Source: an uncultured Gemmatimonadales bacterium (GTDB taxonomy: Bacteria; Gemmatimonadota; Gemmatimonadetes; Gemmatimonadales; GWC2-71-9). From it: a DNA stretch of 64,000 nucleotides. Below the pieces are notes generated by a model. That model made no database searches and was not told where the DNA came from. It was given only the letters and a program-made list of their open reading frames with translations. This document shows, one piece after another, positions 20,701-29,022 of the stretch (within the stretch, counting starts at the first letter, position 1; each line of letters opens with the position of its first letter). The DNA is taken from contig CAVUAK010000001.1 of NCBI GenBank assembly GCA_963739455.1, positions 2,521,338 to 2,585,337 on the forward strand, given 5' to 3'. Position numbers and translations under genes: made by a program.

Positions 20701-20721
20701 GCACTGCCAGGTGAGTCGACC

Positions 20722-21513
20722 TCAGCGTTGTGCCGGTGGCGAAACCAGTAGTGTGTCCGGGTGCCGGAGATCAACGACGCCGTTGAATATCACTAGTGCT
20801 TCGGCAACGCCGCGAGGGTCACTGACCTGGCGCACATTGAGTGTATAGATCCCGGGCTGCAGGCTCGGCATCTGAGCCTCCCATTCGACACAGGCGGTGA
20901 TCATTACGACGATGTCCTGCTGCTGGGGAATGACATCCAACACGATCCCCGAGCCATCTCGATAGGCACGGGCATGGAGGTCCAGTGGCGCATTCGCGCT
21001 GCCCGTGAACCCCGTGACCCGAATTGACGTTGCCGTCGTCTCGACTAGGTACACGCCGCTACAAAGACCGGTGTGTGATTCGGGCATCGTGCGAAAGCGC
21101 AGCTTCAGTGCTGACGCATCGCGCTCTCCTGGTGCCCGACCAACCTCCTGCAGCACGAGCGGAGCTGACCGCAGCGTCACTGCGATAGTCTCGGTACGGC
21201 CTTCGCGCACGACGATCGTGTCGGTGCGGCGACTGTTCCCGATCAGCGCGACCGCGACGGCGTATGTGCCGGCCGGAAGTGAGTCCGCGCGGAATGCGCC
21301 CACACTGTTGGTCACAAGGGTCTGAAGGGGCAGTTCCGGGCCGGGCACAGCATAGATCTGAACTAGCGCAGTGGCCAGGGCCACTCCTGTGGAATCGCGG
21401 ACAATTCCTACAATGCCCCCAGGACCTGTGCCGGGGCCTGCACTTTGTGCCGCGGCAGCGTGGCCGACGGCAAGCGCGACGGCGACCGAAGCGGACATGA
21501 CAAAGGTGACCAT
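20722..21513 (-). CDS. Cassette-encoded exported protein with carboxypeptidase-regulatory-like (Cna B-type) domain
   Basis: Signal peptide; GIVGIVRDSTG...TNSVGAF...LPAGTY. Confidence 0.8.
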   Translation of the reverse strand: MVTFVMSASVAVALAVGHAAAAQSAGPGTGPGGIVGIVRDSTGVALATALVQIYAVPGPELPLQTLVTNSVGAFRADSLPAGTYAVAVALIGNSRRTDTIVVREGRTETIAVTLRSAPLVLQEVGRAPGERDASALKLRFRTMPESHTGLCSGVYLVETTATSIRVTGFTGSANAPLDLHARAYRDGSGIVLDVIPQQQDIVVMITACVEWEAQMPSLQPGIYTLNVRQVSDPRGVAEALVIFNGVVDLRHPDTLLVSPPAQR

Positions 21514-21532
21514 ACGACGAACCTCGCTTGCA

Positions 21533-21665
21533 GCATAACGCGTTGCACATGTGCTGCGGCCGCGGTCGCGGCGCGAGCGCGGCGGCTCAACAAGCTGCTG
21601 GCACGGGCCGCGCTCGTGCCGCACAAGCCGCCCGCGGCCGAGAGCTCACCATGTGCGTGTTATGC
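21533..21665 (-). repeat. attC site
   Basis: 133-bp copy. Confidence 0.93.
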
Positions 21666-21959
21666 CTCACGTCGTCGGATCCAGCGGCGCGGATGGCGCC
21701 GGGAATGCGCCACCGCCACGAGGCGGACCCGATCTGAGTCCACGTGGAAGTAGATGCCGAACGGGTAGCTCGGAAGCAGGGCGCGCCGGAGTGTGTCATG
21801 GACGCGGACAATGAACTCCGGTCGCTCGCGAATCGCCGTGAGCGTGACTTCAACCGTATCAAGAAAACGCGCCGCAGCTTGGGGAGAGCGTGCGGCGTAC
21901 CAGGCGTGTGCTTCGTCGATGTCCGCCTCGGCGATGGGGCGGATCACGAGGCGCCGCAC
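21660..21959 (-). CDS. RelE/ParE family toxin
   Basis: AEADIDEAHAWY, YPFGIYF and AVAHSRRHP motifs. Confidence 0.88.
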   Translation of the reverse strand: MRRLVIRPIAEADIDEAHAWYAARSPQAAARFLDTVEVTLTAIRERPEFIVRVHDTLRRALLPSYPFGIYFHVDSDRVRLVAVAHSRRHPRRWIRRREA

Positions 21960-22180
21960 TAGCGCCTGCGCTGCTCGATGCGCGCCCGGACGTCTTCCCA
22001 AGGTGACCCGGCATCCGGATCCCGCTCCATTTCGGCAAGTCGACGATCAAGCTCCGCGGCTAGTGCAGGCGAGATCGGAGCAGCCGCGCCTTCGGAAGCG
22101 AGGCTGTCCCAAAGCTCCTCGAGCAACGCGAGCCGCTCGGATACACTCAGGCGGGACAGGTCCACGGGCGAAGAGGCCAT
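21959..22180 (-). CDS. Addiction-module antitoxin (TIGR02574-like)
   Basis: LSVSERLALLEELWDSL...ELDRR...SPWEDV. Confidence 0.88.
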   Translation of the reverse strand: MASSPVDLSRLSVSERLALLEELWDSLASEGAAAPISPALAAELDRRLAEMERDPDAGSPWEDVRARIEQRRR

Positions 22181-22226
22181 GGCTGAATCCTAGGATCTCA
22201 AAGGTGAACGGGCAACTGTCCGTGAG

Positions 22227-22267
22227 GCATAACGCGTTGCCGACAGCTCACCATGTGCTTGTTATGC
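22227..22267 (-). repeat. Collapsed attC (41 bp), probably non-functional
   Basis: GCATAACGCGTTGC joined directly to CGACAGCTCACCATGTGCTTGTTATGC. Confidence 0.85.
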
Positions 22268-22561
22268 CTCACTCCGACGGATCCAGCGGCGTGGATGCCG
22301 ACGGCCGTGGACCACGCCGAGAATGCTGATGACCTTCGGAAAGATCCGGTAGTAGACGCCGTACGGAAAGTGCATCACGGCAGCCCGACGCAGCTCACCC
22401 CGGACGAGCGGCCACGCCTCAGGATTCTCCTCAATGCGGACCATGGTCGCGTCGAGCTCATCAAGAAAACGCGCGGCCACATCCGGTGACCGCGCTGCAT
22501 ACCACTCGAAGGCTTGTGCGAGCTCAGCGCTCGCCACCGACCGAACCGCCAGGCGACGCAC
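22262..22561 (-). CDS. RelE/ParE family toxin (paralog of 21660)
   Basis: AFEWY, FPYGVYY and HGRRHPRRWIRR motifs. Confidence 0.88.
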   Translation of the reverse strand: MRRLAVRSVASAELAQAFEWYAARSPDVAARFLDELDATMVRIEENPEAWPLVRGELRRAAVMHFPYGVYYRIFPKVISILGVVHGRRHPRRWIRRSEA

Positions 22562-22777
22562 CTACAGGCGGCGGCGCAACTCGTCCCGAACTTCAGCCCA
22601 AGAGCGGCCAGCGTCCGGGTCCTGCTCCGCTTCCGCCGAACGCCGGTCAAGCTCCGCCGCAACGTCGGGCGTCAGTTCGTGGGTCCGCGTCGGGTCCAAG
22701 CTATCCCAGAGCTCGCCAATAAGCTCCAGGCGCTGATCCGGCGTCAGATGCGAAAAGTCCACGAGTGGTGCCGACAT
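22562..22777 (-). CDS. Addiction-module antitoxin (TIGR02574-like)
   Basis: LTPDQRLELIGELWDSL...AELDRR...SWAEV. Confidence 0.88.
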   Translation of the reverse strand: MSAPLVDFSHLTPDQRLELIGELWDSLDPTRTHELTPDVAAELDRRSAEAEQDPDAGRSWAEVRDELRRRL

Positions 22778-22828
22778 GTTTGCAATCTGCTAAAGGAGCC
22801 CTGCGCAGGCAAGGAAGACCGTGGTGAG

Positions 22829-22961
22829 GCATAACGCGTTGCACATGTGCTTCGGCCGCGGTACGCGGCGCCAGCGACGCGACTGACCAGGCTCCTAGGA
22901 CAGGCGGCGCTGGCGCCGCATCAACGCCCGCGGCCGACAGCTCACCATGTGCGTGTTATAC
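22829..22961 (-). repeat. attC site (inner-stem variant B)
   Basis: 133-bp copy. Confidence 0.93.
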
Positions 22962-22971
22962 AGCACGGACG

Positions 22972-23185
22972 CTAGAGGTCGCTTGGGGTCAGGCCGGTAT
23001 GCATTGGCGATGCGCGCCAGCATGCGCGGGCCAATCTCATCAGTGTCGTGAAAGGCGAATACGAAATCGGGCCAGTCTGGGTGTGCGAGGGTCCGGTGGG
23101 ACCCTGATTCGCGCTTGATGCTCCAGCCGAGCCGCACCAACGCGGCGAAGACGCGGCGCGCCTTGGCGGCGCCCCACGTGCTCAT
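22972..23185 (-). CDS. hicA: HicA toxin (one extra base near the 3' end)
   Basis: GWSIKRESGSHRTL...HDTDEIGPRML; removing one T gives AKHTGLTPSDL-stop. Confidence 0.85.
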
Positions 23186-23388
23186 GCGGCCAGGAAGGAC
23201 ACCGTGAGGAGTTCGGGCACGGCTTCGCCGGCTTCCATGCGTTCAGCCAAGGCGTGCAGCGCCAGGGCCTGAACCTTGGCCACAGCATCCGTACGGGTCA
23301 CGCCGTAAGTCATAACCCCCGGCATCTCGGGCACTTCGGCGATCCAGCGACCGTCGGCTTCCTGGTCGATTTCGATATTGAACGTCAT
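23182..23388 (-). CDS. hicB: HicB antitoxin
   Basis: QEADGRWIAEVPEMPGVMTYG. Confidence 0.9.
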   Translation of the reverse strand: MTFNIEIDQEADGRWIAEVPEMPGVMTYGVTRTDAVAKVQALALHALAERMEAGEAVPELLTVSFLAA

Positions 23389-23446
23389 GGGGCCCTCTGG
23401 GAGAGTGGCAGACCCTAGGAATCTAGCCCCGCCACCCCGTCGTGCT

Positions 23447-23578
23447 GTATAACGCGTTGCACATGCGCTGCGGCCGCGGTGGCGGCGCGAGCGCGGCGGC
23501 TCAACAGGCTCTCAGCACAGGCCGCGCTCGTGCCGCACCAAGACCCGCGGCCGACAGCTCACCATGTGCTTGTTATGC
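23447..23578 (-). repeat. attC site
   Basis: 132-bp copy. Confidence 0.93.
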
Positions 23579-23593
23579 TGCAGGGCCGCGGGA

Positions 23594-23929
23594 CTAGCCC
23601 AGCAACTGTATAAGGCGTGCGCGAACGTCGTCGCGGAATAAGGCCTCGACTGCTACAATGCGGCCTCCGGCGACATCGACATTGAGCATGCCGGAGGCTA
23701 CTTCGTCCAACGCAAGGGTCTCGTGATCCGGGCCCCACGCACCATCCGATCGCGCTTTCGCGTAGAAAGTCGCGCAAAAGTCGTCCCCGCACCTGCAGCG
23801 ATCTACGATTCGAAGAGACGAGAGCTGATCCGCAAGCTCGGGGCGATTCTCTGCGCGAAGGAGCCTATCCAACTCGCCTGAGAGCTGAGGCAGTGCTTCC
23901 GAAAGCAGGAGCGGTGAGCTCGATTTCAT
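23594..23929 (-). CDS. Cassette-encoded hypothetical protein (RCRCGDDFCATFY motif)
   Basis: Fills the cassette. Confidence 0.8.
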   Translation of the reverse strand: MKSSSPLLLSEALPQLSGELDRLLRAENRPELADQLSSLRIVDRCRCGDDFCATFYAKARSDGAWGPDHETLALDEVASGMLNVDVAGGRIVAVEALFRDDVRARLIQLLG

Positions 23930-23945
23930 TGAGATCCTAGTTGCA

Positions 23946-24077
23946 GCATAACGCGTTGCCCATGTGCTGCGGCCGCGGTGGCGGCGCGAGCGCGGCGGCT
24001 CAATAGGCTTCTAGCACAGGCCGCGCTCGTGCCGCACCAGAATCCGCGGCCGACAGCTCACCATGTGCGTGTTATGC
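23946..24077 (-). repeat. attC site
   Basis: 132-bp copy. Confidence 0.93.
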
Positions 24078-24614
24078 AGCAACAGTTTCAGGTGTGTCGA
24101 GTAGCTCAACCTGACCCACATGCCTCCTTACGAGCGCTCGCAACGGGGCAAGATCGACATCCGGAACCATTCGCCGCGGTATGAAATACGCGCACTTTGC
24201 AGTATAGAAGAACAAGAAGAACTCTTCGGTCTCAACGACGCGCTCGATGGCCCGCCATTCGAACTTCGCTGACGTCCCATCATCGCGGCATTCTAAGCCT
24301 TGCGCAGTTACTTCGCGCGTGATCTGGCCACGTAACCGATGATTCTGCTTCATGGCCCGTTTGATCGACCAGCGCGTGATCCACGGAATGCCGAAGTACG
24401 TGAACAGCGGAAAGAAGAACCAAGGCCAGATGAGAACACGATCCCATCGGACATGCCCTTGCAGGAGGCCGCCGAGGAACAAGGAGAAGAGCGTCAAGCC
24501 AAGCGGAAACCCGAACGCAAGCAGGAGCGTGAGCTTATTGCCTCCGCAAACGCGCTGAACGGCCCGGTGTGCCCGGAGGTACTCAGCTTCGTCAAACGGC
24601 GCCTGAAATTGCAT
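24072..24614 (-). CDS. YcxB family membrane protein
   Basis: Two TM segments then FEWRAIERVVETEEFFLFF...AYFIPRR. Confidence 0.85.
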   Translation of the reverse strand: MQFQAPFDEAEYLRAHRAVQRVCGGNKLTLLLAFGFPLGLTLFSLFLGGLLQGHVRWDRVLIWPWFFFPLFTYFGIPWITRWSIKRAMKQNHRLRGQITREVTAQGLECRDDGTSAKFEWRAIERVVETEEFFLFFYTAKCAYFIPRRMVPDVDLAPLRALVRRHVGQVELLDTPETVAA

Positions 24615-24646
24615 TTACTCCGCTTTCGAGAATGTTTGGCATTGCT

Positions 24647-24778
24647 GCATAACGCGTTGCACATGTGCTGCGGCCGCGGTGGCGGCGCGAGCGCGGCGAC
24701 TGAACAGGCTCTTGGCACGGGCCGCGCTCGTGCCGCATCAACAACCCGCGGCCGACAGCCACCATGTGCGTGTTATGC
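24647..24778 (-). repeat. attC site
   Basis: 132-bp copy. Confidence 0.93.
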
Positions 24779-24824
24779 GTCAGGCCCGCACCAGCATAGA
24801 TTCCACTGGTCCTAAGGAGGCCAT

Positions 24825-25046
24825 ATGCAAATTCAGTTCACGGCAGTCTTCCGCAAAGTCCCGGAAGGGTATGTCGGCTTCGTTGAGGAGCTGCCCGGCG
24901 CCAATACGCAGGGAGCTACCCTGGATGAGGCACGCGTGAACCTGCAGGAAGCCGTCGAGCTGGTGCTCGAAGCGAACCGCGCCCTGGCCGAGCTGGAGCT
25001 TGGCACGGCGGATGTGATTCGCGAGCCGCTCCGCCTCACGGCGTGA
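24825..25046 (+). CDS. hicB: HicB antitoxin (inverted relative to the array)
   Basis: GYVGFVEELPGANTQGATLDEARVNLQEA; AAGGAGG RBS. Confidence 0.9.
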   Translation: MQIQFTAVFRKVPEGYVGFVEELPGANTQGATLDEARVNLQEAVELVLEANRALAELELGTADVIREPLRLTA

Positions 25047-25228
25047 AGCGCGTTGATCTCGTGCGCCACCTGCTGGCGCACGGCTGTGAACTTCTTCGAG
25101 AAGGTGGCAACCACTCGGTTTTCTTGAACCGGGCAGCGCGTAGAGTGACCACCGTACCCCGCCATCGCGAGATCAATGAATTGCTCGCGCGCAAGATCTG
25201 CAAGGATCTCGACGTACCCCCGTCCTGA
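25043..25228 (+). CDS. hicA: HicA toxin (inverted relative to the array)
   Basis: LLREGGNHSVF...VPRHREI...KICKDL. Confidence 0.9.
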   Translation: MKRVDLVRHLLAHGCELLREGGNHSVFLNRAARRVTTVPRHREINELLARKICKDLDVPPS

Positions 25229-25229
25229 C

Positions 25230-25361
25230 GCATAACGCGTTGCACATGTGCTGCGGCCGCGGTGCGCGGCGCCGGCGACGCGACTGAACGAGCTCCTAGC
25301 ACGGGTGGCGCCGGCGCCGCAGAATCACCCGCGGCCGAAAGCCACCATGTGCTTGTTAGGC
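25230..25361 (-). repeat. attC site (variant B)
   Basis: 132-bp copy. Confidence 0.93.
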
Positions 25362-25396
25362 CGCAACTGCACAAAGAGCTCGCAGGTCCGCAGGCG

Positions 25397-25957
25397 CTAT
25401 GGCTGATCTATTGGAGCCTGGACAAGTACCCAGTCCTGAGGACCGTCCTTCACTAGACGCCAGCCATCGAAGCCACCTGGCCGCAAGAGCATTGCTTGTT
25501 CTTCCATGAACATTGTGCGGAAGTTGCTCGCCCACGCAATGTCCCGAATGGCGCTTGAGCGGGAGGCAAGTGCTGCGGTGACGCCGATGCCAATAGCTAT
25601 GAGGAAGAACATTGCGACCGAGCCCACGCTAATGTCGCTGCCATCACGCCAGATCGTGGAGCCAACGACGTGCCAGCCAACAACTAGTACGGCGGCCCAA
25701 GCCGCAATGTTCTTGAGGCCGTACGTCCACATGAAATGCCAGAAGCGTGTTGGTTGGTAGCGCTGCATCTGCTCAGCCCGCCGCATGCGGCGCGCCTGCC
25801 AACGATAGGAGCGCACAGCGCGCCCGTCGTCACCGATGGACCCGCCGTCCTCGGCATGCTGCGCGAGGTCGTGGGCAAGTTCTGAGAAGCTTGGCGGGCC
25901 ATTGAGATAGACCCGACCAAAGAAGCCAAGCTGCTGTGCCGGAGCGCTGCGCATCAT
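25397..25957 (-). CDS. Cassette-encoded 2-TM hypothetical protein (start uncertain)
   Basis: Longest ORF in the cassette. Confidence 0.6.
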   Translation of the reverse strand: MMRSAPAQQLGFFGRVYLNGPPSFSELAHDLAQHAEDGGSIGDDGRAVRSYRWQARRMRRAEQMQRYQPTRFWHFMWTYGLKNIAAWAAVLVVGWHVVGSTIWRDGSDISVGSVAMFFLIAIGIGVTAALASRSSAIRDIAWASNFRTMFMEEQAMLLRPGGFDGWRLVKDGPQDWVLVQAPIDQP

Positions 25958-26039
25958 CTATGAAAGGCAATTCCCGTCATGGAAGACTGCAGCAGGGCTG
26001 CGCCTATCTCCGTCTTGTCTTCGCAAGCGGTTGCCTGCG

Positions 26040-26171
26040 GCCTAACGCGTTGCACATGTGCTGCCGCCGCGGTCGCGGCGCGAGCGCGGCGGCTCAACAG
26101 GCTCCTAGCACGGGCCGCGCTCGTGCCGCATCAATACCCGCGGCCGACAGCTCACCATGTGCTTGTTAGGC
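26040..26171 (-). repeat. attC site
   Basis: 132-bp copy. Confidence 0.93.
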
Positions 26172-26396
26172 TGCGCCGGACCGGACGGGGCGCCAGTGCA
26201 TGGCCAGCTTCCGCCCCTGCGCGGCGCAATCCCGCAGGTACAGGTTAATGAGCGTCTGGTACGGGATCTCGGTGTCCGTGGCCAAGGCCTTGAAGTAGGC
26301 AATGGTGGCCTCATCGAGCCGGATCGTCACCGACCGCTTGAGGCGCTTGGCGTAGACGTTCCGCCCGCCCTTCGAGAAATCGTATTCCTTCCTCAT
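26166..26396 (-). CDS. BrnA-type (RHH) antitoxin
   Basis: MRKEYDFSKG...VTIRLDE...YFK...IPYQTLINLYLRDC. Confidence 0.88.
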   Translation of the reverse strand: MRKEYDFSKGGRNVYAKRLKRSVTIRLDEATIAYFKALATDTEIPYQTLINLYLRDCAAQGRKLAMHWRPVRSGAA

Positions 26397-26701
26397 GATT
26401 CCCACCGTGCGCCGTATTGCGTGAGCTCTGAACGGGTTGCTTTACGTGCCGAGATGAGCCGAATCGTGTCGTCGCGCTCCCGGTAGACATGGACCACGAC
26501 CAGGAGCCGGGTCAGTGCACTCAGGCCGAGGAGGATGAACCGCTCCTCGCGAGCCGAGTGATCTGGATCCTCGATCAGGATCGCCGCCTCGTTGAACCGC
26601 TGCGCCATCCACTCGCCGTACTGCGCGGAGTCGCGTGCGATGTACTCGCGAATGGCTTGAACGTCGTCGAGCGCCTGAGGGGTCCACTCAACCGGGGTCA
26701 T
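26393..26701 (-). CDS. Chimeric toxin: RelE/ParE N-terminus fused to BrnT C-terminus
   Basis: WTPQALDDVQAIREYIARDS followed by DPDHSAREERFILLG...LLVVVH...IRLISARKAT. Confidence 0.8.
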   Translation of the reverse strand: MTPVEWTPQALDDVQAIREYIARDSAQYGEWMAQRFNEAAILIEDPDHSAREERFILLGLSALTRLLVVVHVYRERDDTIRLISARKATRSELTQYGARWES

Positions 26702-26881
26702 CCCAGGAGCCGGCGCTTCGCTTCCTCATGGGGAATCAGTCTGGCCGGCGTCGGCCTGGGCCAAGCCGCGCTCGACTTTGGCAAGGAATAGGAGGCGCTC
26801 GATGGCATCCTCGACGGTCGCGTCCGGCGGCAGCTGCCGCACGGCATCGAGGATCTTGTCAGGGGTGGTCGAAGCTGCCAT
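26698..26881 (-). CDS. Antitoxin of the RelE/ParE module (one extra base)
   Basis: VRQLPPDATVEDAIERLLFLAKVERGLAQADAG; removing one A gives LIPHEEAKRRLLG-stop, ATGA-coupled to the toxin. Confidence 0.8.
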
Positions 26882-26959
26882 GAACCCTCTCTTGGGGCAG
26901 GTTCCAGAATCTATGAGACGCCGCGTGGATCACAAATGCCGGCCGCCGCAGATAGAGCG

Positions 26960-26990
26960 GGGCCTCGTCAGCTGCATGCGCTAGTTAAGC
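26960..26990 (-). repeat. R''/L'' half of a different attC type
   Basis: Minus strand GCTTAAC-TAGCG-CATGCAGCTGACGAGG; matching L'/R' half absent. Confidence 0.75.
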
Positions 26991-27539
26991 CGCAGGGCGG
27001 TGGAACCCAGGCGCGCGCGAGCCTGCAAGGCGTTTTAGCACCCAGGCCGCGGTCAGCCAGAGGACGACCGCTGCTCCAGCACTGACGAGGGTGATGCGCG
27101 CGTCCAAGTCGATGATGCCCAAGCCGACGAGCCCCAGTCCCATGAGGGCAGCGGCAGTGGCGTAGTATGCCGGTGCCAGTAGCCCACGCGCGAGTGGCAC
27201 GAAGTGGGCTCCGACGATGAGGGCAACCGCCGACACTGTAAGGTCTCGGTGTCCGGTGCTCGGGAGCAGCACGCCAGCAACGAAGAAGAGTGCGAGGCCC
27301 TCCAACGCGCTCGCCCACGCGACTAGCTTGTCTCGTCGCGCGTGTTCGTTTGCGTCGACGGTAGCCTCCGGCGTCGCTTGCTGGCGGTGCACCAGGCGCC
27401 AGGCGACACCAGCGAGCGCGACTGCGGCAAGAAGCGGCAGGGGGTACACCAGCGCTGGGCTGTGGTCAGCGATCTGCAGGCCGACGATCCACCAGATGGT
27501 GGCGAAGAATCCTAGGATCAACGCGCCAGTGATGCTCAC
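26985..27539 (-). CDS. Cassette-encoded multi-TM membrane protein
   Basis: Six hydrophobic segments, LIVGAHFVPLA motif; stop in R''. Confidence 0.8.
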   Translation of the reverse strand: MSITGALILGFFATIWWIVGLQIADHSPALVYPLPLLAAVALAGVAWRLVHRQQATPEATVDANEHARRDKLVAWASALEGLALFFVAGVLLPSTGHRDLTVSAVALIVGAHFVPLARGLLAPAYYATAAALMGLGLVGLGIIDLDARITLVSAGAAVVLWLTAAWVLKRLAGSRAPGFHRPAA

Positions 27540-27575
27540 GCAATCTCCGACCGTGCAAAGTGAAGCATGGTTGCG

Positions 27576-27708
27576 GCCTAACGCGTTGCACATGTGCTGC
27601 GGCCGCGGTGCGCGGCGCCAGTGACGCGACTGAAAGAGCACCTAGCACAGGCGGCGCTGGCGCCGCACCAAGGTCCGCGGCCGACAGCTCACCATGTGCT
27701 TGTTATGT
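27576..27708 (-). repeat. attC site (variant B)
   Basis: 133-bp copy. Confidence 0.93.
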
Positions 27709-27712
27709 GGCG

Positions 27713-27982
27713 CTAAAGTCGCCTCAACAGCTGATCGTACTCCGCATGCGAGCCGATCCAAAACCACACCAGGTCCTCGCCCTCACGCACGGCGAGCGCC
27801 CGATACCCGAGGCCGACGCGCGCCGAGTAGATCGGACGCTGCGCGTGGACCTGCTTGAACCGCAAGGCGGGATGACTGGGATCGCGGGCGAATGTTTGAT
27901 AGGCGAGGCGCGCCTGAGCCCGGACGTGAATAGGCAACGCCGCCAGCGCCTCGCGGAACCGACGGGTGGTGCGCGAGGTCAA
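27713..27982 (-). CDS. RelE/ParE-superfamily toxin
   Basis: DPSHPALRFKQV...YSARVGLGYRAL...WFWIGSHAEYD. Confidence 0.85.
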   Translation of the reverse strand: MTSRTTRRFREALAALPIHVRAQARLAYQTFARDPSHPALRFKQVHAQRPIYSARVGLGYRALAVREGEDLVWFWIGSHAEYDQLLRRL

Positions 27983-28197
27983 AGCCGGTCGGGATCGAGC
28001 GGCTGGGTCTGTCCGCCACGCAATTCTCCGAGGGCTTCATCCGCGAGCTTTGCCAAGGCATCCGGACGACGACGGAAACTGTCATCCCAGAGCGGCTCGG
28101 TGGCGACCTCATCGAGGATCGCGGCCGCGAGCGCATCCTGGGCCTCGGCAGGGAGTTTGGCCGCTTCGGCGAATGCCTTCTCGAGCAGTTTGGTCAT
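27979..28197 (-). CDS. Cognate antitoxin
   Basis: MTKLLEKAFAEAAKLPAEAQDALA...WDDSF...LADEAL; overlaps toxin start. Confidence 0.82.
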   Translation of the reverse strand: MTKLLEKAFAEAAKLPAEAQDALAAAILDEVATEPLWDDSFRRRPDALAKLADEALGELRGGQTQPLDPDRL

Positions 28198-28255
28198 GGT
28201 AGCCTCCTAGCCCAAATCTAGCCCAGCCCCCACCCGCGACGGAAACCCGATTGCC

Positions 28256-28387
28256 ACATAACGCGTTGCACATGTGCTGCGGCCGCGGTGCGCGGCGCCA
28301 GCGACGCGACTCAACAGGCTGTCAGCACTGGCGGCGCTGGCGCCGCAGAACCGCCCGCGGCCGCCAGCCACCATGTGCGTGTTATAC
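28256..28387 (-). repeat. attC site (variant B)
   Basis: 132-bp copy. Confidence 0.93.
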
Positions 28388-28393
28388 CGCACA

Positions 28394-28855
28394 CTAGTCG
28401 CAGCCAGCTTGCACCGGAGTGCTACCCAGCACCGTTAGGCTGCCTGGAGCACCGAGCGCCACACGCCACCGGTCGATGCCCACAGGATCACAATGCGTGT
28501 TGACCGCCTCGATGGTGAGGATCCACCGCTTGTCTTCCCGCACGAGAACCGGGTTGACGAGATGGACGCCTCCACCGGTGGTCTCCGTGAGCGGCGCGGT
28601 TGCTAGAAGGCGCGACGGTGTATCGGACTCCGTTGGCTCCGCCACCCATTCCACACGGGCCTCCGAAATAAGGTGCTCAAAGCCACCGGTTTCGATGATG
28701 ACTCGAAACGAGCCATGCGCTGAATCGTCAACCTGCCAGTAGCCGCCCGAGATGACTGTCTCGACATCTAGCGGCACCTGGCCGTCCGTTTGAGCGGCAG
28801 CGGTCGATGCGACACACAGCACAGAGGCGACGCTCAACGGAATCCTGCCACGCAA
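28394..28855 (-). CDS. Cassette-encoded exported hypothetical protein
   Basis: GGAGG RBS, signal peptide ending AAA-Q. Confidence 0.8.
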   Translation of the reverse strand: MRGRIPLSVASVLCVASTAAAQTDGQVPLDVETVISGGYWQVDDSAHGSFRVIIETGGFEHLISEARVEWVAEPTESDTPSRLLATAPLTETTGGGVHLVNPVLVREDKRWILTIEAVNTHCDPVGIDRWRVALGAPGSLTVLGSTPVQAGCD

Positions 28856-28874
28856 ATGGACCTCCGTCTGTGCG

Positions 28875-29005
28875 GTATAACGCGTTGCACATGTGCTGCG
28901 GCCGCGGTGGCGGCGCGAGCGCGGCGACTGAACAGGCTTCTAGCACAGGCCGCGCTCGTGCCGCAAGAGTACCCGCGGCCGCCAGCCACCATGTGCTTGT
29001 TATGC
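28875..29005 (-). repeat. attC site
   Basis: 131-bp copy. Confidence 0.93.
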
Positions 29006-29022
29006 CGCCCCCATGACCGATC

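Noticed and set aside
20007..20774. 255-aa 'extended Arr' fusion protein
   Set aside because: The N-terminal part is a chance in-frame read-through of an ORF remnant and an out-of-frame hicA fragment
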